IMG/VR virus record: IMGVR_UViG_3300030380_005901
Location: 1 to 64,000 of that record
Strand: one strand, 5' to 3'
Length of the DNA: 64,000 nucleotides
Source of the DNA: a virus
Shown here: one piece after another, positions 17,845 through 28,037 of the stretch
Layout of the letters: every line of letters starts with the position of its first letter
Numbering within the stretch: the first letter of the stretch is position 1
Notes under the pieces: generated by a model
The model's input: the letters and a program-made list of their open reading frames with translations, nothing else
Database searches by the model: none
Told to the model about the DNA's origin: nothing
Program-made: the position numbers and the translations under genes

Positions 17845-18384
17845 TTATTCATTCATACTATTGGTTCTATCACTAAACCTTTGGTGTATTTTTAATATCA
17901 TCATACCCAACTCTTGTATTCTATCAGTTAAAGTTGCTATTTTTTCTGCAACTTGTAACTCTAATTCATCTTGTGTCATATCAAATGATAATCCTGTATA
18001 AAATGATCCACCATCATTCTCCCCACTACCAACTAACATTCTAAAGTATTTGTTTATTTTAACCAAAGCACTTATAAATGTTTTTAATACTGTTTTAAAA
18101 TCATCATCAATATATATTTCTTTAACATAATCAGGCATTTGTTTAATATATTCACTTATCTTTTGATTCAGATTATATATACCGTTTGTTAGTTCTGACT
18201 TACTTAACTCTTCATCTCTTACACCATTTGCTAATTTAGATACTAACATTAGTAACTCCATAGTTTTACCATTTATAATACTGTGTAATGGTCCGGCATG
18301 TGTTGCCATAACCTCTGGACTGTCATATCCGCCTACTTCTTTGAGTACTAATTTTAATTGTGATTCAGTTAATTTGATTTTCAT
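17845..18384 (-). CDS. leader-tagged helical protein
   Basis: MKIKLTESQLKLVLKE; TATTTATA upstream. Confidence 0.8.
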   Translation of the reverse strand: MKIKLTESQLKLVLKEVGGYDSPEVMATHAGPLHSIINGKTMELLMLVSKLANGVRDEELSKSELTNGIYNLNQKISEYIKQMPDYVKEIYIDDDFKTVLKTFISALVKINKYFRMLVGSGENDGGSFYTGLSFDMTQDELELQVAEKIATLTDRIQELGMMILKIHQRFSDRTNSMNE

Positions 18385-18414
18385 ATTATATAAATATGAA
18401 AAAATTTATAAATG

Positions 18415-18648
18415 TTAAGGTTTTTGATTCTTAGATTTGAATCTTTTAGATGGATTAGTTTTACTGTGTTTTGTTTTTCTACCTTTTACTCTTTCTCTCC
18501 ATAGTTTGAATGATGATTCTTTTAGGTTAGATCTCATTATCTTTCTAACCTCATTCTCCTTTATACCAAACTGAAATTCAATAGCCTCAAAAGGAGTACG
18601 ATCTTCCCACGCCATTTCTATTACTCTATCTAAGTCTTTTTCTGTCAT
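18415..18648 (-). CDS. TIGR03643/DUF2805 family protein
   Basis: DRVIEMAWEDRTPFEAI..QFG..E.EV..IMR..LK.SSFKLWRERV.GRKTKH. Confidence 0.9.
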   Translation of the reverse strand: MTEKDLDRVIEMAWEDRTPFEAIEFQFGIKENEVRKIMRSNLKESSFKLWRERVKGRKTKHSKTNPSKRFKSKNQKP

Positions 18649-19126
18649 TACTAATACTCAAATGCATCACCGTAATCAGAATTATTATATTCTATCTCAA
18701 ACGCATGTCCTACACAAGGAAGAATCGGTTTCTTTTTAGTATCTTCATTTTTAAATTCTGTTAACTTATCAACCAACCATTCAAAATCAACATGATTTCT
18801 AGTGGCTAACAATCTAAAGGATATTTCCTCCGCTATTTGTTTTGTTTTATTATTTTCCATACATATATTTTCTTAATATATATCGCAATAACTTATATTT
18901 AAACTTATACATCATTACTAATATAAATACCTTCTATTTGTTCACCCAACTGATCGAATACATCAATATCTAATTTACCATCACCACTGTAGGTAATTTT
19001 TACAATATATTCACCTAAATCTATTTCTTTTATTTCTTCTGTCATTCTATCATCATTAATAATATCATTACTATGGAAAAGATTACTATACCTAACCATG
19101 CTTCAAAACAACCTGTATTTTCTTCT

Positions 19127-19303
19127 TTACTCATCTTCTTTTTGGTTTAAGACAATTTCAACGATTTCAAACAAGTCTTTATCTGTAATAGGAACACGAC
19201 TTTCTTCTATTTGATGCTCGGCTCGTTCTATTGTATGTAACCAATGAATATTATTTTTGATTAGAACTTCTTTCTTTATCTCTATTATTTCTTCTTTACT
19301 CAT
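19127..19303 (-). CDS. 58-aa cassette ORF MSKEEIIEIKK...LNQKEDE
   Basis: Hand-translated between junction repeats. Confidence 0.7.
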   Translation of the reverse strand: MSKEEIIEIKKEVLIKNNIHWLHTIERAEHQIEESRVPITDKDLFEIVEIVLNQKEDE

Positions 19304-19421
19304 CTTTGTTTTGGTTTAATAGTTTTATCAATTTCTCATATACTTCTGTTAGGTCACAATCTTCTTGTTTTACACCCTTTTCATATACATCAAATAAAAT
19401 ATTTTCTATTTCTTTACTCAT
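19296..19421 (-). CDS. 41-aa cassette ORF MSKEIENILF...LNQNKDE
   Basis: Hand-translated between junction repeats. Confidence 0.7.
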   Translation of the reverse strand: MSKEIENILFDVYEKGVKQEDCDLTEVYEKLIKLLNQNKDE

Positions 19422-19433
19422 CTTTATTTTAGT

Positions 19434-19571
19434 TTAAAGCTTTGTCATTTGTACTATTTTCATAACAAAACAAGTCATCATAATTATTATAAACCAAAAT
19501 AATTGTTTGTTAGATGGTACTGGGTACATATGGTTGTCCTCATAATTATACCACTTTAAAAATTTATTCAT
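19434..19571 (-). CDS. 45-aa cassette ORF with TM segment (MNKFLKWY...)
   Basis: Hand-translated between junction repeats. Confidence 0.6.
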   Translation of the reverse strand: MNKFLKWYNYEDNHMYPVPSNKQLFWFIIIMMTCFVMKIVQMTKL

Positions 19572-19773
19572 CTTTGTTTTGGTTTACAAAATTTATTAAT
19601 TCATTTGCTATTGCCAATGCTTCATCATAATTTGCATATAAACAGAATGCTTGTTCTCCGCCTTCTTCGTTTGAATGGATACATACCCCATCTCTTTCAG
19701 GGTTAGGTTCTATTATTATAGATTGTTCTGCATCGCATGTAAAAATCTTTATTTGTTTCCAAGGTTTACTCAT
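19564..19773 (-). CDS. 69-aa cassette ORF MSKPW...NQNKDE
   Basis: ORF track; starts and ends in junction repeats. Confidence 0.8.
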   Translation of the reverse strand: MSKPWKQIKIFTCDAEQSIIIEPNPERDGVCIHSNEEGGEQAFCLYANYDEALAIANELINFVNQNKDE

Positions 19774-19931
19774 CTTTGTTTTGTTTTAAATGTTCTGATA
19801 GATTTAGGGATATAAGGTAATATTGTAACCTTGTTACCGTAATCTTCTTTAATGGACTTTATTATAGTCTCTCTTGTTTCTTTGTTATACCAGCTAAAAT
19901 CTTCTGGTGTATGTACTATTGTTTTACTCAT
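19770..19931 (-). CDS. 53-aa cassette ORF MSKTIVHT...KTKQR
   Basis: Hand-translated; ATGA overlaps at both ends. Confidence 0.7.
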   Translation of the reverse strand: MSKTIVHTPEDFSWYNKETRETIIKSIKEDYGNKVTILPYIPKSIRTFKTKQR

Positions 19932-20230
19932 CTTTGTTTTGGTTTTAATAAATCATCTCTAGTTTCACCTTTAGAGGTTTTATTTTTGGTTCTAAAGATA
20001 ACGCCAATTCGTTCATCTTCATATTTTTCTTTTTCAGTTAAATCTCTATCACCATATACGGACATATCAATAATACCTAAATCTTCTCGTATGGACACAT
20101 CTATATTTCTATAACCCTTTTTCTCATATTTTTTTTTGAGGTTAGTTAAGTTATCTATAAGAGAATCAACATTTATTTTACTAACTTCTCTTGGTAAATC
20201 TTCTATATGTTCCGTTATCTTATCTTTCAT
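19928..20230 (-). CDS. hypothetical protein ending in the junction repeat (LKPKQR)
   Basis: ORF track. Confidence 0.75.
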   Translation of the reverse strand: MKDKITEHIEDLPREVSKINVDSLIDNLTNLKKKYEKKGYRNIDVSIREDLGIIDMSVYGDRDLTEKEKYEDERIGVIFRTKNKTSKGETRDDLLKPKQR

Positions 20231-20374
20231 CTTTTTTTTAGTTTATAATTTAGTTATTGAATATAATAAAATACTTATGACAATTCCTATAAAAATACCA
20301 ATAGTAATTCCTTTTGATAAAGCCCAGTCCATATCTCTAACGTAATCTTCGTATCTCATCTTCTTTGTTTTGTT

Positions 20375-20677
20375 TTATTTAAATAAATTACCACTATACT
20401 CTTCTACTTTCCACTTTGGTTTAGATTCTCCGAGCATTTTATGTAAATCTCTATTTTCGTTCCAATCTTTGTTTGATCTAGACTGTTGTGTGTTTTTATA
20501 TTTAACGGCATCTTGCCTACTTTCAAACAACATAGGTTTCAACCCATCCTTTTTGTCCTCTGATAGTTTATATGGACAATGTGTATTCCATATATCACCT
20601 AAGTTTTTAGTATCCTCATTAATGAAATCAAATGAGTCCCAATTTCTACTTCTTTCAATTACAATATATTTTTTCAT
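20375..20677 (-). CDS. hypothetical protein
   Basis: ORF track; AAACAAAGAAG-ATG start context resembles the junction repeat. Confidence 0.7.
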   Translation of the reverse strand: MKKYIVIERSRNWDSFDFINEDTKNLGDIWNTHCPYKLSEDKKDGLKPMLFESRQDAVKYKNTQQSRSNKDWNENRDLHKMLGESKPKWKVEEYSGNLFK

Positions 20678-20693
20678 CTTCTTTGTTTTTTTT

Positions 20694-20963
20694 TTAATTA
20701 GTTTTTACATATAATTCTAATATGGTTCTCACATTACTGTATAACACACCCATTAAAATGATTATTGCATATAAAATAGAGTTTTCTATTTCACTTCTTA
20801 AGGCAAGAGTTATACCACACACAAACATCAGTTTGACACCTAAACTTCCATACATAAGTCCTATACCGTGTTCTGGAAATCTTTTGTAGATCTTTAATAC
20901 TACGTTTTGTGTTATAATTAAAAACACACACACCACTAAACCTAAAAGTAATGAATTTGTCAT
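20694..20963 (-). CDS. small multi-TM membrane protein
   Basis: Three hydrophobic segments. Confidence 0.7.
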   Translation of the reverse strand: MTNSLLLGLVVCVFLIITQNVVLKIYKRFPEHGIGLMYGSLGVKLMFVCGITLALRSEIENSILYAIIILMGVLYSNVRTILELYVKTN

Positions 20964-20969
20964 AATTTT

Positions 20970-21449
20970 TTATTTAAATATTGGTAATCTCATTCCTACA
21001 TTAAAGATACTTCTAACACCTAAAGATATGTCCGAACCCGTACCTATTTCTCCGCATACAGTAAAGTGTAATCCAGTGTTAGGTCTAATATTTAATTGCA
21101 TATACCCAGTTAAAGGATATGGTCTAACACCCAATACAACAGATATTTGTTCATTTTTACCGTAATAAGATCCAACTCCAACTTTACCTGTTATAATATA
21201 TGGGTAAACTAAACCAACTTGTATATCTATTAAACTGTAATCCCCCATTGGTATATTAGTACCTATAGATATTGTACCCATAAACCTATCATTGTTTTTA
21301 TAAGTTACACTCATATCTACAATGTCTATAACTTCATCTTCGTAATTTACTGTTGTACTTACACCCCCATTAGCTTCCACATAAAATAATTTATTTTGTG
21401 AATGTAATACTAAAGGTAAAAGTAAAATTAATAATAATATTTTTTTCAT
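20970..21449 (-). CDS. secreted, probably small outer-membrane beta-barrel protein
   Basis: MKKILLLILLLPLVLHSQ signal peptide; alternating beta-strand pattern; ends FNVGMRLPIFK. Confidence 0.6.
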   Translation of the reverse strand: MKKILLLILLLPLVLHSQNKLFYVEANGGVSTTVNYEDEVIDIVDMSVTYKNNDRFMGTISIGTNIPMGDYSLIDIQVGLVYPYIITGKVGVGSYYGKNEQISVVLGVRPYPLTGYMQLNIRPNTGLHFTVCGEIGTGSDISLGVRSIFNVGMRLPIFK

Positions 21450-21605
21450 TTTTTTTTGTTTTAAAAAGGGATCTTATACCCCTTATTGTTTAAATTTATT
21501 ATCTTTTTTTTTTGAACTTTAATATGTGTGAGACTTTATATTAAAGTTTTATTAATAACAATTATAATAAAAGTTTTTTAAAAAAACAAATTTTATTTTA
21601 TTTTT

Positions 21606-21932
21606 TTATAAAAAACCCAATTCTAATTTCGCAGCTTCACTCATCATTCTCATATCCCAAGGTGGATCGAATGTAACAGTTACCTTACATTCTTTTATTT
21701 TTTCCAAACTTTCCGCTTTATCTTTTACTTCCTGTGGCATTGTTTCTATCGCAGGACAATTTGGTGCAGTAACAGTCATTACTATTTCTACATCATATAA
21801 ATCTTTTTCTATAAAGGAAAGGTTAATTGAATATATTAAACCTAATTCGTAGATGTTTACTGGTAACTCTGGATCCGCTACCGTTCTTAACATATCTGTA
21901 ATACTTTCTTCTACCTTATCTTTTTCTGTCAT
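21606..21932 (-). CDS. DUF59 / SufT-like Fe-S cluster assembly protein
   Basis: DPELPVNIYELGLIY...MTVTAPNCP...TFDPPWD..MMSEAAKLELG. Confidence 0.92.
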   Translation of the reverse strand: MTEKDKVEESITDMLRTVADPELPVNIYELGLIYSINLSFIEKDLYDVEIVMTVTAPNCPAIETMPQEVKDKAESLEKIKECKVTVTFDPPWDMRMMSEAAKLELGFL

Positions 21933-21943
21933 AAAACAAAGTT

Positions 21944-22684
21944 TTATTTAATACTAGCCTTTAAATATTCTCTGTTCATTCGTGCAATATTCTCTAAGGA
22001 GATTCCTTTAGGACATTCAACCTCACATGCACCGGTGTTGCTACAATTACCAAACCCTTCCTTATCCATTTGACTTACCATATTTATTACTCTATCTTTT
22101 GCTTCTACTTTTCCTTGTGGTAATAATGAGAACTGCGATACTTTAGCTCCAACGAACAACATTGCGGAACTATTTTTACATGTCGCAACGCATGCTCCAC
22201 AACCAATACAAGTCGCCGCTTCAAATGATTTATCTGCATCTTCTTTAGTAATAGGAATAGTGTTTGCGTCTATTGAACTACCTGTATTAATAGAAATAAA
22301 CCCACCAGCCTGTTGGATTCTATCGAATGCACTTCTATCAACAACTAAATCTTTTAATATGGGAAACGCTTTTGCTCTAAAAGGTTCAACATAAACCGTA
22401 TCACCATCATTAAAACTTCTCATATGTAATTGACACGTAGTTACCCCTTTATCTGGACCATGTGGTTCTCCATTGATGTACATTGAACACATACCGCAAA
22501 TTCCTTCTCTACAGTCGTGATCGAAAGCAATCGGTGTTTCACCTTCATCAATTAGTTTAGAATTTAAAACGTCCATCATTTCTAAAAAAGACATGTCTCC
22601 TGATACGTCATCAATTTCATAATCAACTAATTTACCTTTGGAGTTAGAATTTTTTTGTCTCCATACTTTAAGGAAAAGTTTCAT
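21944..22684 (-). CDS. sdhB: succinate dehydrogenase/fumarate reductase iron-sulfur subunit
   Basis: [45 protein letters not shown]. Confidence 0.95.
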   Translation of the reverse strand: MKLFLKVWRQKNSNSKGKLVDYEIDDVSGDMSFLEMMDVLNSKLIDEGETPIAFDHDCREGICGMCSMYINGEPHGPDKGVTTCQLHMRSFNDGDTVYVEPFRAKAFPILKDLVVDRSAFDRIQQAGGFISINTGSSIDANTIPITKEDADKSFEAATCIGCGACVATCKNSSAMLFVGAKVSQFSLLPQGKVEAKDRVINMVSQMDKEGFGNCSNTGACEVECPKGISLENIARMNREYLKASIK

Positions 22685-22924
22685 TTTAAATCTTCTTTAC
22701 CTGCCGACATAAAAAGTATTGTAACTATAAATCCAATCGCTAACCCATAAATTAGTATGTCGGGCACTTCTATTATTTTTCCTGATGCAGTTTCTCCTAA
22801 CTTTATCATAAAATCTTGTTGGTAATAATCCATATTAATATTTTTAATTTATTTTACTAAGTAATGTAAAAGTGCACTGATACCGAAGGCAATAATACAA
22901 AATAGAATTGTTCTTAAAATATCT

Positions 22925-23146
22925 TTAAATATTTCCATTTGTATAATCTTTTATCACTTTTATCGTGCTAGTTATTGCATATACTGGTGCCATTAGTATC
23001 ATTCTAAATCTCATATAATTAGTGATAGGTAATGGCTCACCATTAGTGTCTCTAATATGTTTATGAATTTTTCTTTCTATGTATTGAGATATTATTATAC
23101 CTATTAAAAAATAAGATGTAATAATTAGTATATATTTATTTTCCAT
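22925..23146 (-). CDS. small membrane protein
   Basis: Hydrophobic N-terminus. Confidence 0.6.
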   Translation of the reverse strand: MENKYILIITSYFLIGIIISQYIERKIHKHIRDTNGEPLPITNYMRFRMILMAPVYAITSTIKVIKDYTNGNI

Positions 23147-23460
23147 AATTTTATATTTTATTTATAAGTTTATTTAAATGATTGTGTCGTTCCGTCCATA
23201 TAGGATCTTTTATGTTTTTGTTTTTAATTATATTTTCTATAATTTCTTTTTCTTGATGTAAAAGTCTACCTAACAACTCAACATCCGTTTTATCTAATTT
23301 AATATCTTTCATTGTGTTGTATAGTGTTTATATAATCTAACTGATGCATATAAAAATAACCCAACCAATACTATCGGTGGGTACATAATACATAGTGGGA
23401 TAACTACTAACCCAACTATAATCCACATAAGTGCTATTTCTTCTTTATTTTTCATTTTTT

Positions 23461-23709
23461 TTAATCTTTAATTGCCTGAGATGCAGCGTAAGAACCTAAT
23501 ATCTGATTCTCTTCTTCTAATCTTAATACTTCGTCTAATATTACACTGTTTTCCATTTGACACTCAGTGTATTTTTCTGATATGTCCAAATACTCATCGA
23601 TAAGGTTAGTGTTTTTTTCTCGTTCTTTATCTAATGTATTATTTAATATTATGTTTAACCCTAATACTATGATAAACATTATTGATACTATGTAAAATTT
23701 TACCCTCAT
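23461..23709 (-). CDS. membrane-anchored coiled-coil protein
   Basis: N-terminal TM segment followed by heptads. Confidence 0.65.
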   Translation of the reverse strand: MRVKFYIVSIMFIIVLGLNIILNNTLDKEREKNTNLIDEYLDISEKYTECQMENSVILDEVLRLEEENQILGSYAASQAIKD

Positions 23710-23748
23710 ATTGTTTTTATACTAATATAAAGATTATTTTTTAATATG

Positions 23749-24414
23749 TCAAAATTCCCTACGTTTTTTTTCTATCTCCTTTTTGAAATGACGTGGTTGA
23801 TCCCACCATCCATCACCTGTTTCTCTGAAATCTCGTTCACTTTTAAAATTCCCCTCTTTATCGACATCAACTACCTTAATTCTTCTATTCCCATCACTAA
23901 AATCTGAATTGTTTGCAATTGCATTTATTTTTTGTTTATAATCGGCAAATAACTTTTCTATATTCTTTTTAAACTCTACAGTAACTTTCTCCGCTTCTTC
24001 ACTATAGGTTTTTAGGCTATCAATTGCATCTTTAACGTCATATAATTCATAATTACCTTTATCGGGTGTCGTATGACCCAATTTTTCTGTTTTGGGTTGG
24101 TAGTAAGGTGTAAAATATTCATCATCAGTATAGGTTAATAAGTTATATGGTTCATAATTATTATGAGGATCATCACCAAAAGAACCATGACCCTTACTCT
24201 CTATGTCTGTTTCACGAATACCTGCCGAAAGATTCCATGATTCAGGATTTATACTAAATGCAATTCTTTTCTTTATTTGTGGGATATATGTTCTCCACCC
24301 ATATTTAGACCTTGCCACTTCTAACTCTGTTTCTGGTGACATGTTAATTTCTGGTGATGTTAAATCATCAGGATTAAATTCTTCTTTAAGTATCTTTTGG
24401 ATAAGATGTTTCAT
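23749..24414 (-). CDS. leader-tagged hypothetical protein
   Basis: MKHLIQKILKEE; TATTTATA upstream. Confidence 0.8.
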   Translation of the reverse strand: MKHLIQKILKEEFNPDDLTSPEINMSPETELEVARSKYGWRTYIPQIKKRIAFSINPESWNLSAGIRETDIESKGHGSFGDDPHNNYEPYNLLTYTDDEYFTPYYQPKTEKLGHTTPDKGNYELYDVKDAIDSLKTYSEEAEKVTVEFKKNIEKLFADYKQKINAIANNSDFSDGNRRIKVVDVDKEGNFKSERDFRETGDGWWDQPRHFKKEIEKKRREF

Positions 24415-24806
24415 ATATTATAAATATATGAATAGATTAATTGCGTCTGTGAATTAAAAGATTTCTTTCTCTATCACCCATAGGTGTTCGTAAAAATCTA
24501 TGTCTACCTAAATCTATTACCTCTAACTCTATGAGTTCTTTAATGGTGTGTGATGGTATTTTACTCCAGTTAATATAAGGATGGAAATATTTACCTCTCT
24601 GTTTATAATGCCCTATTTCGTTTAAGAGTTCTCTAACTCTAACGTTTCTTCTGATTACTTCATTAGAATATATCATTTATTTTTGGTTAAAATATCTTTT
24701 ATGGTTACAACAATGACACCCACACAAACACCCAACATTACTATAATTAAAAATGCGTTTCCCATAACTTTTACAAATATAATATATATTTTTTAAAAAA
24801 ACAAAT

Positions 24807-25013
24807 TTAGTCTTCTATATCTATAGTGTTTAAACTTTTTAATCTATACCACTTACCTATTTCTAAAGTGTCTTTGGTAAGTATGATTTCTACTCCATGT
24901 TTTGGGTGGTGCATATGGTACATATTAACATTAAGTTCTTGTACGACTTGATACTGTCTACAACTTACTAAACATATAGAAAGAAGTAATAAAATTAGGT
25001 TGATTTTTTTCAT
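24807..25013 (-). CDS. small lipoprotein
   Basis: Lipobox LVSC. Confidence 0.65.
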   Translation of the reverse strand: MKKINLILLLLSICLVSCRQYQVVQELNVNMYHMHHPKHGVEIILTKDTLEIGKWYRLKSLNTIDIED

Positions 25014-25027
25014 AATAAATAAGTGAT

Positions 25028-26122
25028 TTATAATAAATACTCTTTTTTATTACTTAATTTGATTTTTTCTTTAAAATTACTTAATTTTTTTGAGGAATTT
25101 AAAAACTTTACATTTTTATCATCAATAAACCTATAACGTATAGTGAGTCTTTGGTGTGACGAAGATCTACCTTTGTTGGATAAATAAAGCTCTATATTTT
25201 CAATTGGGACAAAAACATAGTCTTCTAACATAATCCCTTTTATATTTTTCTTATATAATTCTAAAATTCTATTACCTATTTTCTTACCATTTAAGTTTTT
25301 ATAAATACCACCAATAATACTATTGTATATATGTAAATAATTTTCATTTTTAGGTATTATGGAGCCACTACGTTTTACTGGTGAAGTTAATGGTTCACTA
25401 TAATAAGAATCACTAACATTAATACTATTTTTCTTTACTTCAATACGATCACCTTCTTTTATAATATTAGACATACTTTCTGTTGCAATAATATCGTATT
25501 TGTCAATATCATCAATAGATGTTATATGATCTTCAATATTCTTAGTAATATAATTAATTACTTTTTTAACTTCTTTATCTTTATCTAAGTCTCCGTCACC
25601 TATCTCAATAATTTTATTGGTTAAATATGAAGTGGGTAATCTATGTATAATACCTTCATTCTTCCTTTCTTTCGGGTAATCGAAACCTCTTTTAAGGAAT
25701 GATCTTTCATATTGTTTATGGTTGGATACTCTAAATACTTCACTAATATCCTCAAAAGTAATTTTTTCTATCTTATACTTCTTTTTCTTAATACTATACT
25801 TATCTTTTATATTACCGTCTTCTATTAAACCATATAACATGTCAATAGTTTTATATAATCTGTGAAAGAATATATAGTCACTATATTTTTTTCTTTCCTT
25901 ACATAAATTTAACCACAATTCATTATATAAATCATGTCCTATATACTCATATATTATTTTTAATTTTTTATCAGAATTAGATTTTTCTTTAGTACCACCG
26001 TAATGATGATAATAGTTATCACCCCCATACCAGTTGTTAACATGATAGTCTAATTCTTTTAAATAGGGAAATTTTTGTATTTCTTCCCCTACAAATAGTG
26101 TAATCTGTTTTTCCATTATCAT
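25028..26122 (-). CDS. hypothetical protein
   Basis: Long ORF, no recognised motif. Confidence 0.7.
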   Translation of the reverse strand: MIMEKQITLFVGEEIQKFPYLKELDYHVNNWYGGDNYYHHYGGTKEKSNSDKKLKIIYEYIGHDLYNELWLNLCKERKKYSDYIFFHRLYKTIDMLYGLIEDGNIKDKYSIKKKKYKIEKITFEDISEVFRVSNHKQYERSFLKRGFDYPKERKNEGIIHRLPTSYLTNKIIEIGDGDLDKDKEVKKVINYITKNIEDHITSIDDIDKYDIIATESMSNIIKEGDRIEVKKNSINVSDSYYSEPLTSPVKRSGSIIPKNENYLHIYNSIIGGIYKNLNGKKIGNRILELYKKNIKGIMLEDYVFVPIENIELYLSNKGRSSSHQRLTIRYRFIDDKNVKFLNSSKKLSNFKEKIKLSNKKEYLL

Positions 26123-26327
26123 TTTAAAACGTTAACCGAGAAAAAAGGTAAAAAATTATTATGTTTTGGGGCTTTAACCCAATTGCTTTACACTCCATTA
26201 TTATTCTCTACCTTTCTCTCAGATTTACTGTGTACTATAGATTTATATACGACTACAGGTAGCCATAAGATAGAAACTATAGTTACGCCAATTATCATAG
26301 GTATAACCCACAAATAATCTTTTATTT

Positions 26328-26714
26328 TTAATTTACTTTCTCCCATTTACCATCTGTTGTTAATAAATATGAACCTAAATATTTTTTATTCCATTCATTT
26401 GGTGCAATTAAACTTAAAAATCTACCACCAATTTTTTCATATAAATAATAAGTTTCACCCATTATTGGTTCGAAATTATAATCAGATTCATATATTAATG
26501 TTGTATTTTCATAATCTTCAATTAATTTTATATATTCTTTTTCAATCTCACTTAATTTAGTTTTGAAGTATTTTGTAGCTTTAATAGAAGAGGTATCGTC
26601 TATTATTACCGGTGCAAAACTAGGTGCACCTACATTAGTAGGATAAGACATACTTTTAGCGTCAAATTCTGACGTTTTTTCGTTAAAAACTACGTTGTCT
26701 GGTTTCTTTTTCAC
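26328..26714 (-). CDS. DUF2452 family protein
   Basis: YPTNVGAP.F...Y.S.YNFEPIMGETYYLYE....FLSLIAPNEW. Confidence 0.8.
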   Translation of the reverse strand: MKKKPDNVVFNEKTSEFDAKSMSYPTNVGAPSFAPVIIDDTSSIKATKYFKTKLSEIEKEYIKLIEDYENTTLIYESDYNFEPIMGETYYLYEKIGGRFLSLIAPNEWNKKYLGSYLLTTDGKWEKVN

Positions 26715-26745
26715 TTTTTAAATATAAACAAATAAAAAGATAATA

Positions 26746-26967
26746 TCAATATCTACCCTCCAAATAAACATGTATTATTTGAGGAATTCTTACACACTTG
26801 TGTGGTTTGCCTTCTGAGTCTGTACAATCAATTTCCACTAAATTATTTAAATATTTTTTTATATTATATGGTGCATTAGATAATCTTCTCTCAATATAAA
26901 ACTTACTATATAACTTATCTTGATCGTAATATGATTCTTTTAATATTTTACGAATAGTCTCTCTCAT
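26746..26967 (-). CDS. leader-tagged small protein
   Basis: MRETIRKILKES; TATTTATA upstream. Confidence 0.8.
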   Translation of the reverse strand: MRETIRKILKESYYDQDKLYSKFYIERRLSNAPYNIKKYLNNLVEIDCTDSEGKPHKCVRIPQIIHVYLEGRY

Positions 26968-27005
26968 ACCTATAAATATGTGACAATAATAATATAAAAA
27001 AATAT

Positions 27006-27608
27006 TTATCTTATTTTTTTATAAACTTTAGTGTCCATATTATGAGTTGGTGACCAACTATAGTTAGACTTAATACCATCCATCACTTCAAAACCTATAG
27101 ACTTATAATTATTAATACCAAATACAGTTACTAATATTGTACCTTTATTTAATTTAGTTAATAATTCGACTGGTGGAGTTTTTGAACTACAAATATTATT
27201 AAAAATAACTAAATTTATTTTATTTAAATTTTCTATTTTTTGAAAATTATCCCAAGAATCTGCAACAAAATTAATTTTATGTTTAAAAGGGTAATCACAT
27301 TCTTTCATTTTAATTATACCATAATCTACTTTAGATTTCAATAATTCTATACCATTGCTAGAAATTACATTATCATATAAACCCATATGTAAAACAGATC
27401 TACCGTTACCACTACCTATATCTAAAAAATGTACTTTTTCAAATAAACCTAATTTTTTTAAACCATCGACTATCATATTTATACCTTCTTTAGTTACTTC
27501 ACCATACGTTAAATCTAAAATACTATGTGTTTCACTATATTTAAACTCATAGTTGTATTTAGGTACATAAATTTTTCCCTCATAAATTTTGTTTAATATT
27601 TTTTCCAT
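27006..27608 (-). CDS. DOT1-like class I SAM methyltransferase
   Basis: TYGEV...FLDIGSGNGRSVL...GIEL...IFNN. Confidence 0.75.
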   Translation of the reverse strand: MEKILNKIYEGKIYVPKYNYEFKYSETHSILDLTYGEVTKEGINMIVDGLKKLGLFEKVHFLDIGSGNGRSVLHMGLYDNVISSNGIELLKSKVDYGIIKMKECDYPFKHKINFVADSWDNFQKIENLNKINLVIFNNICSSKTPPVELLTKLNKGTILVTVFGINNYKSIGFEVMDGIKSNYSWSPTHNMDTKVYKKIR

Positions 27609-27613
27609 AGATA

Positions 27614-27967
27614 TTAGTTTTTAGGTGTCCATTTACTTGGTAGTTTCCATATTTGTCTAAATATCATTTTTTCATATTCATACATTTCCGACCACGTTTG
27701 TGGGAATATCTTTAAATATATCCATGTGATAGGTATAACCAACCAACCACTTAAAAATGGTAGGTAGTGATACTTAACATCACATTCAAGTAAAACTAAA
27801 GAAGTTAAAAATAATACCATCATAATGTAAAACATAAGGTGTTGATTCCACTTTGAGTCTGTCTTACCGTGTAAAATAGGACGATATAAGTTAACTATCA
27901 TTCTTCTTATCTTTTTATACCAGTTAGGGTATTCTTTGTTTAGGTTGTTAATTACTTTTTCATTCAT
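27614..27967 (-). CDS. membrane protein
   Basis: Two TM segments. Confidence 0.65.
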   Translation of the reverse strand: MNEKVINNLNKEYPNWYKKIRRMIVNLYRPILHGKTDSKWNQHLMFYIMMVLFLTSLVLLECDVKYHYLPFLSGWLVIPITWIYLKIFPQTWSEMYEYEKMIFRQIWKLPSKWTPKN

Positions 27968-28037
27968 AAGTTTCGTTTTAAGATAAATAATTTAATATCA
28001 ACCAAACCTTAAACAGAAATGTAATTAAATTGTAATA

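Larger units (their letters stand above)
19042..19950 (-). repeat. array of mini-genes joined by a conserved ~23-bp junction (AAACCAAAACAAAGATGAGTAAA)
   Basis: Junction copies contain the start codons at 19134, 19303, 19421, 19571, 19773 and 19931. Confidence 0.9.

Noticed and set aside
19120-19950. CRISPR array
   Set aside because: Spacers are 100-180 bp, unequal and encode ORFs; repeats are degenerate and non-palindromic; no cas genes are present.
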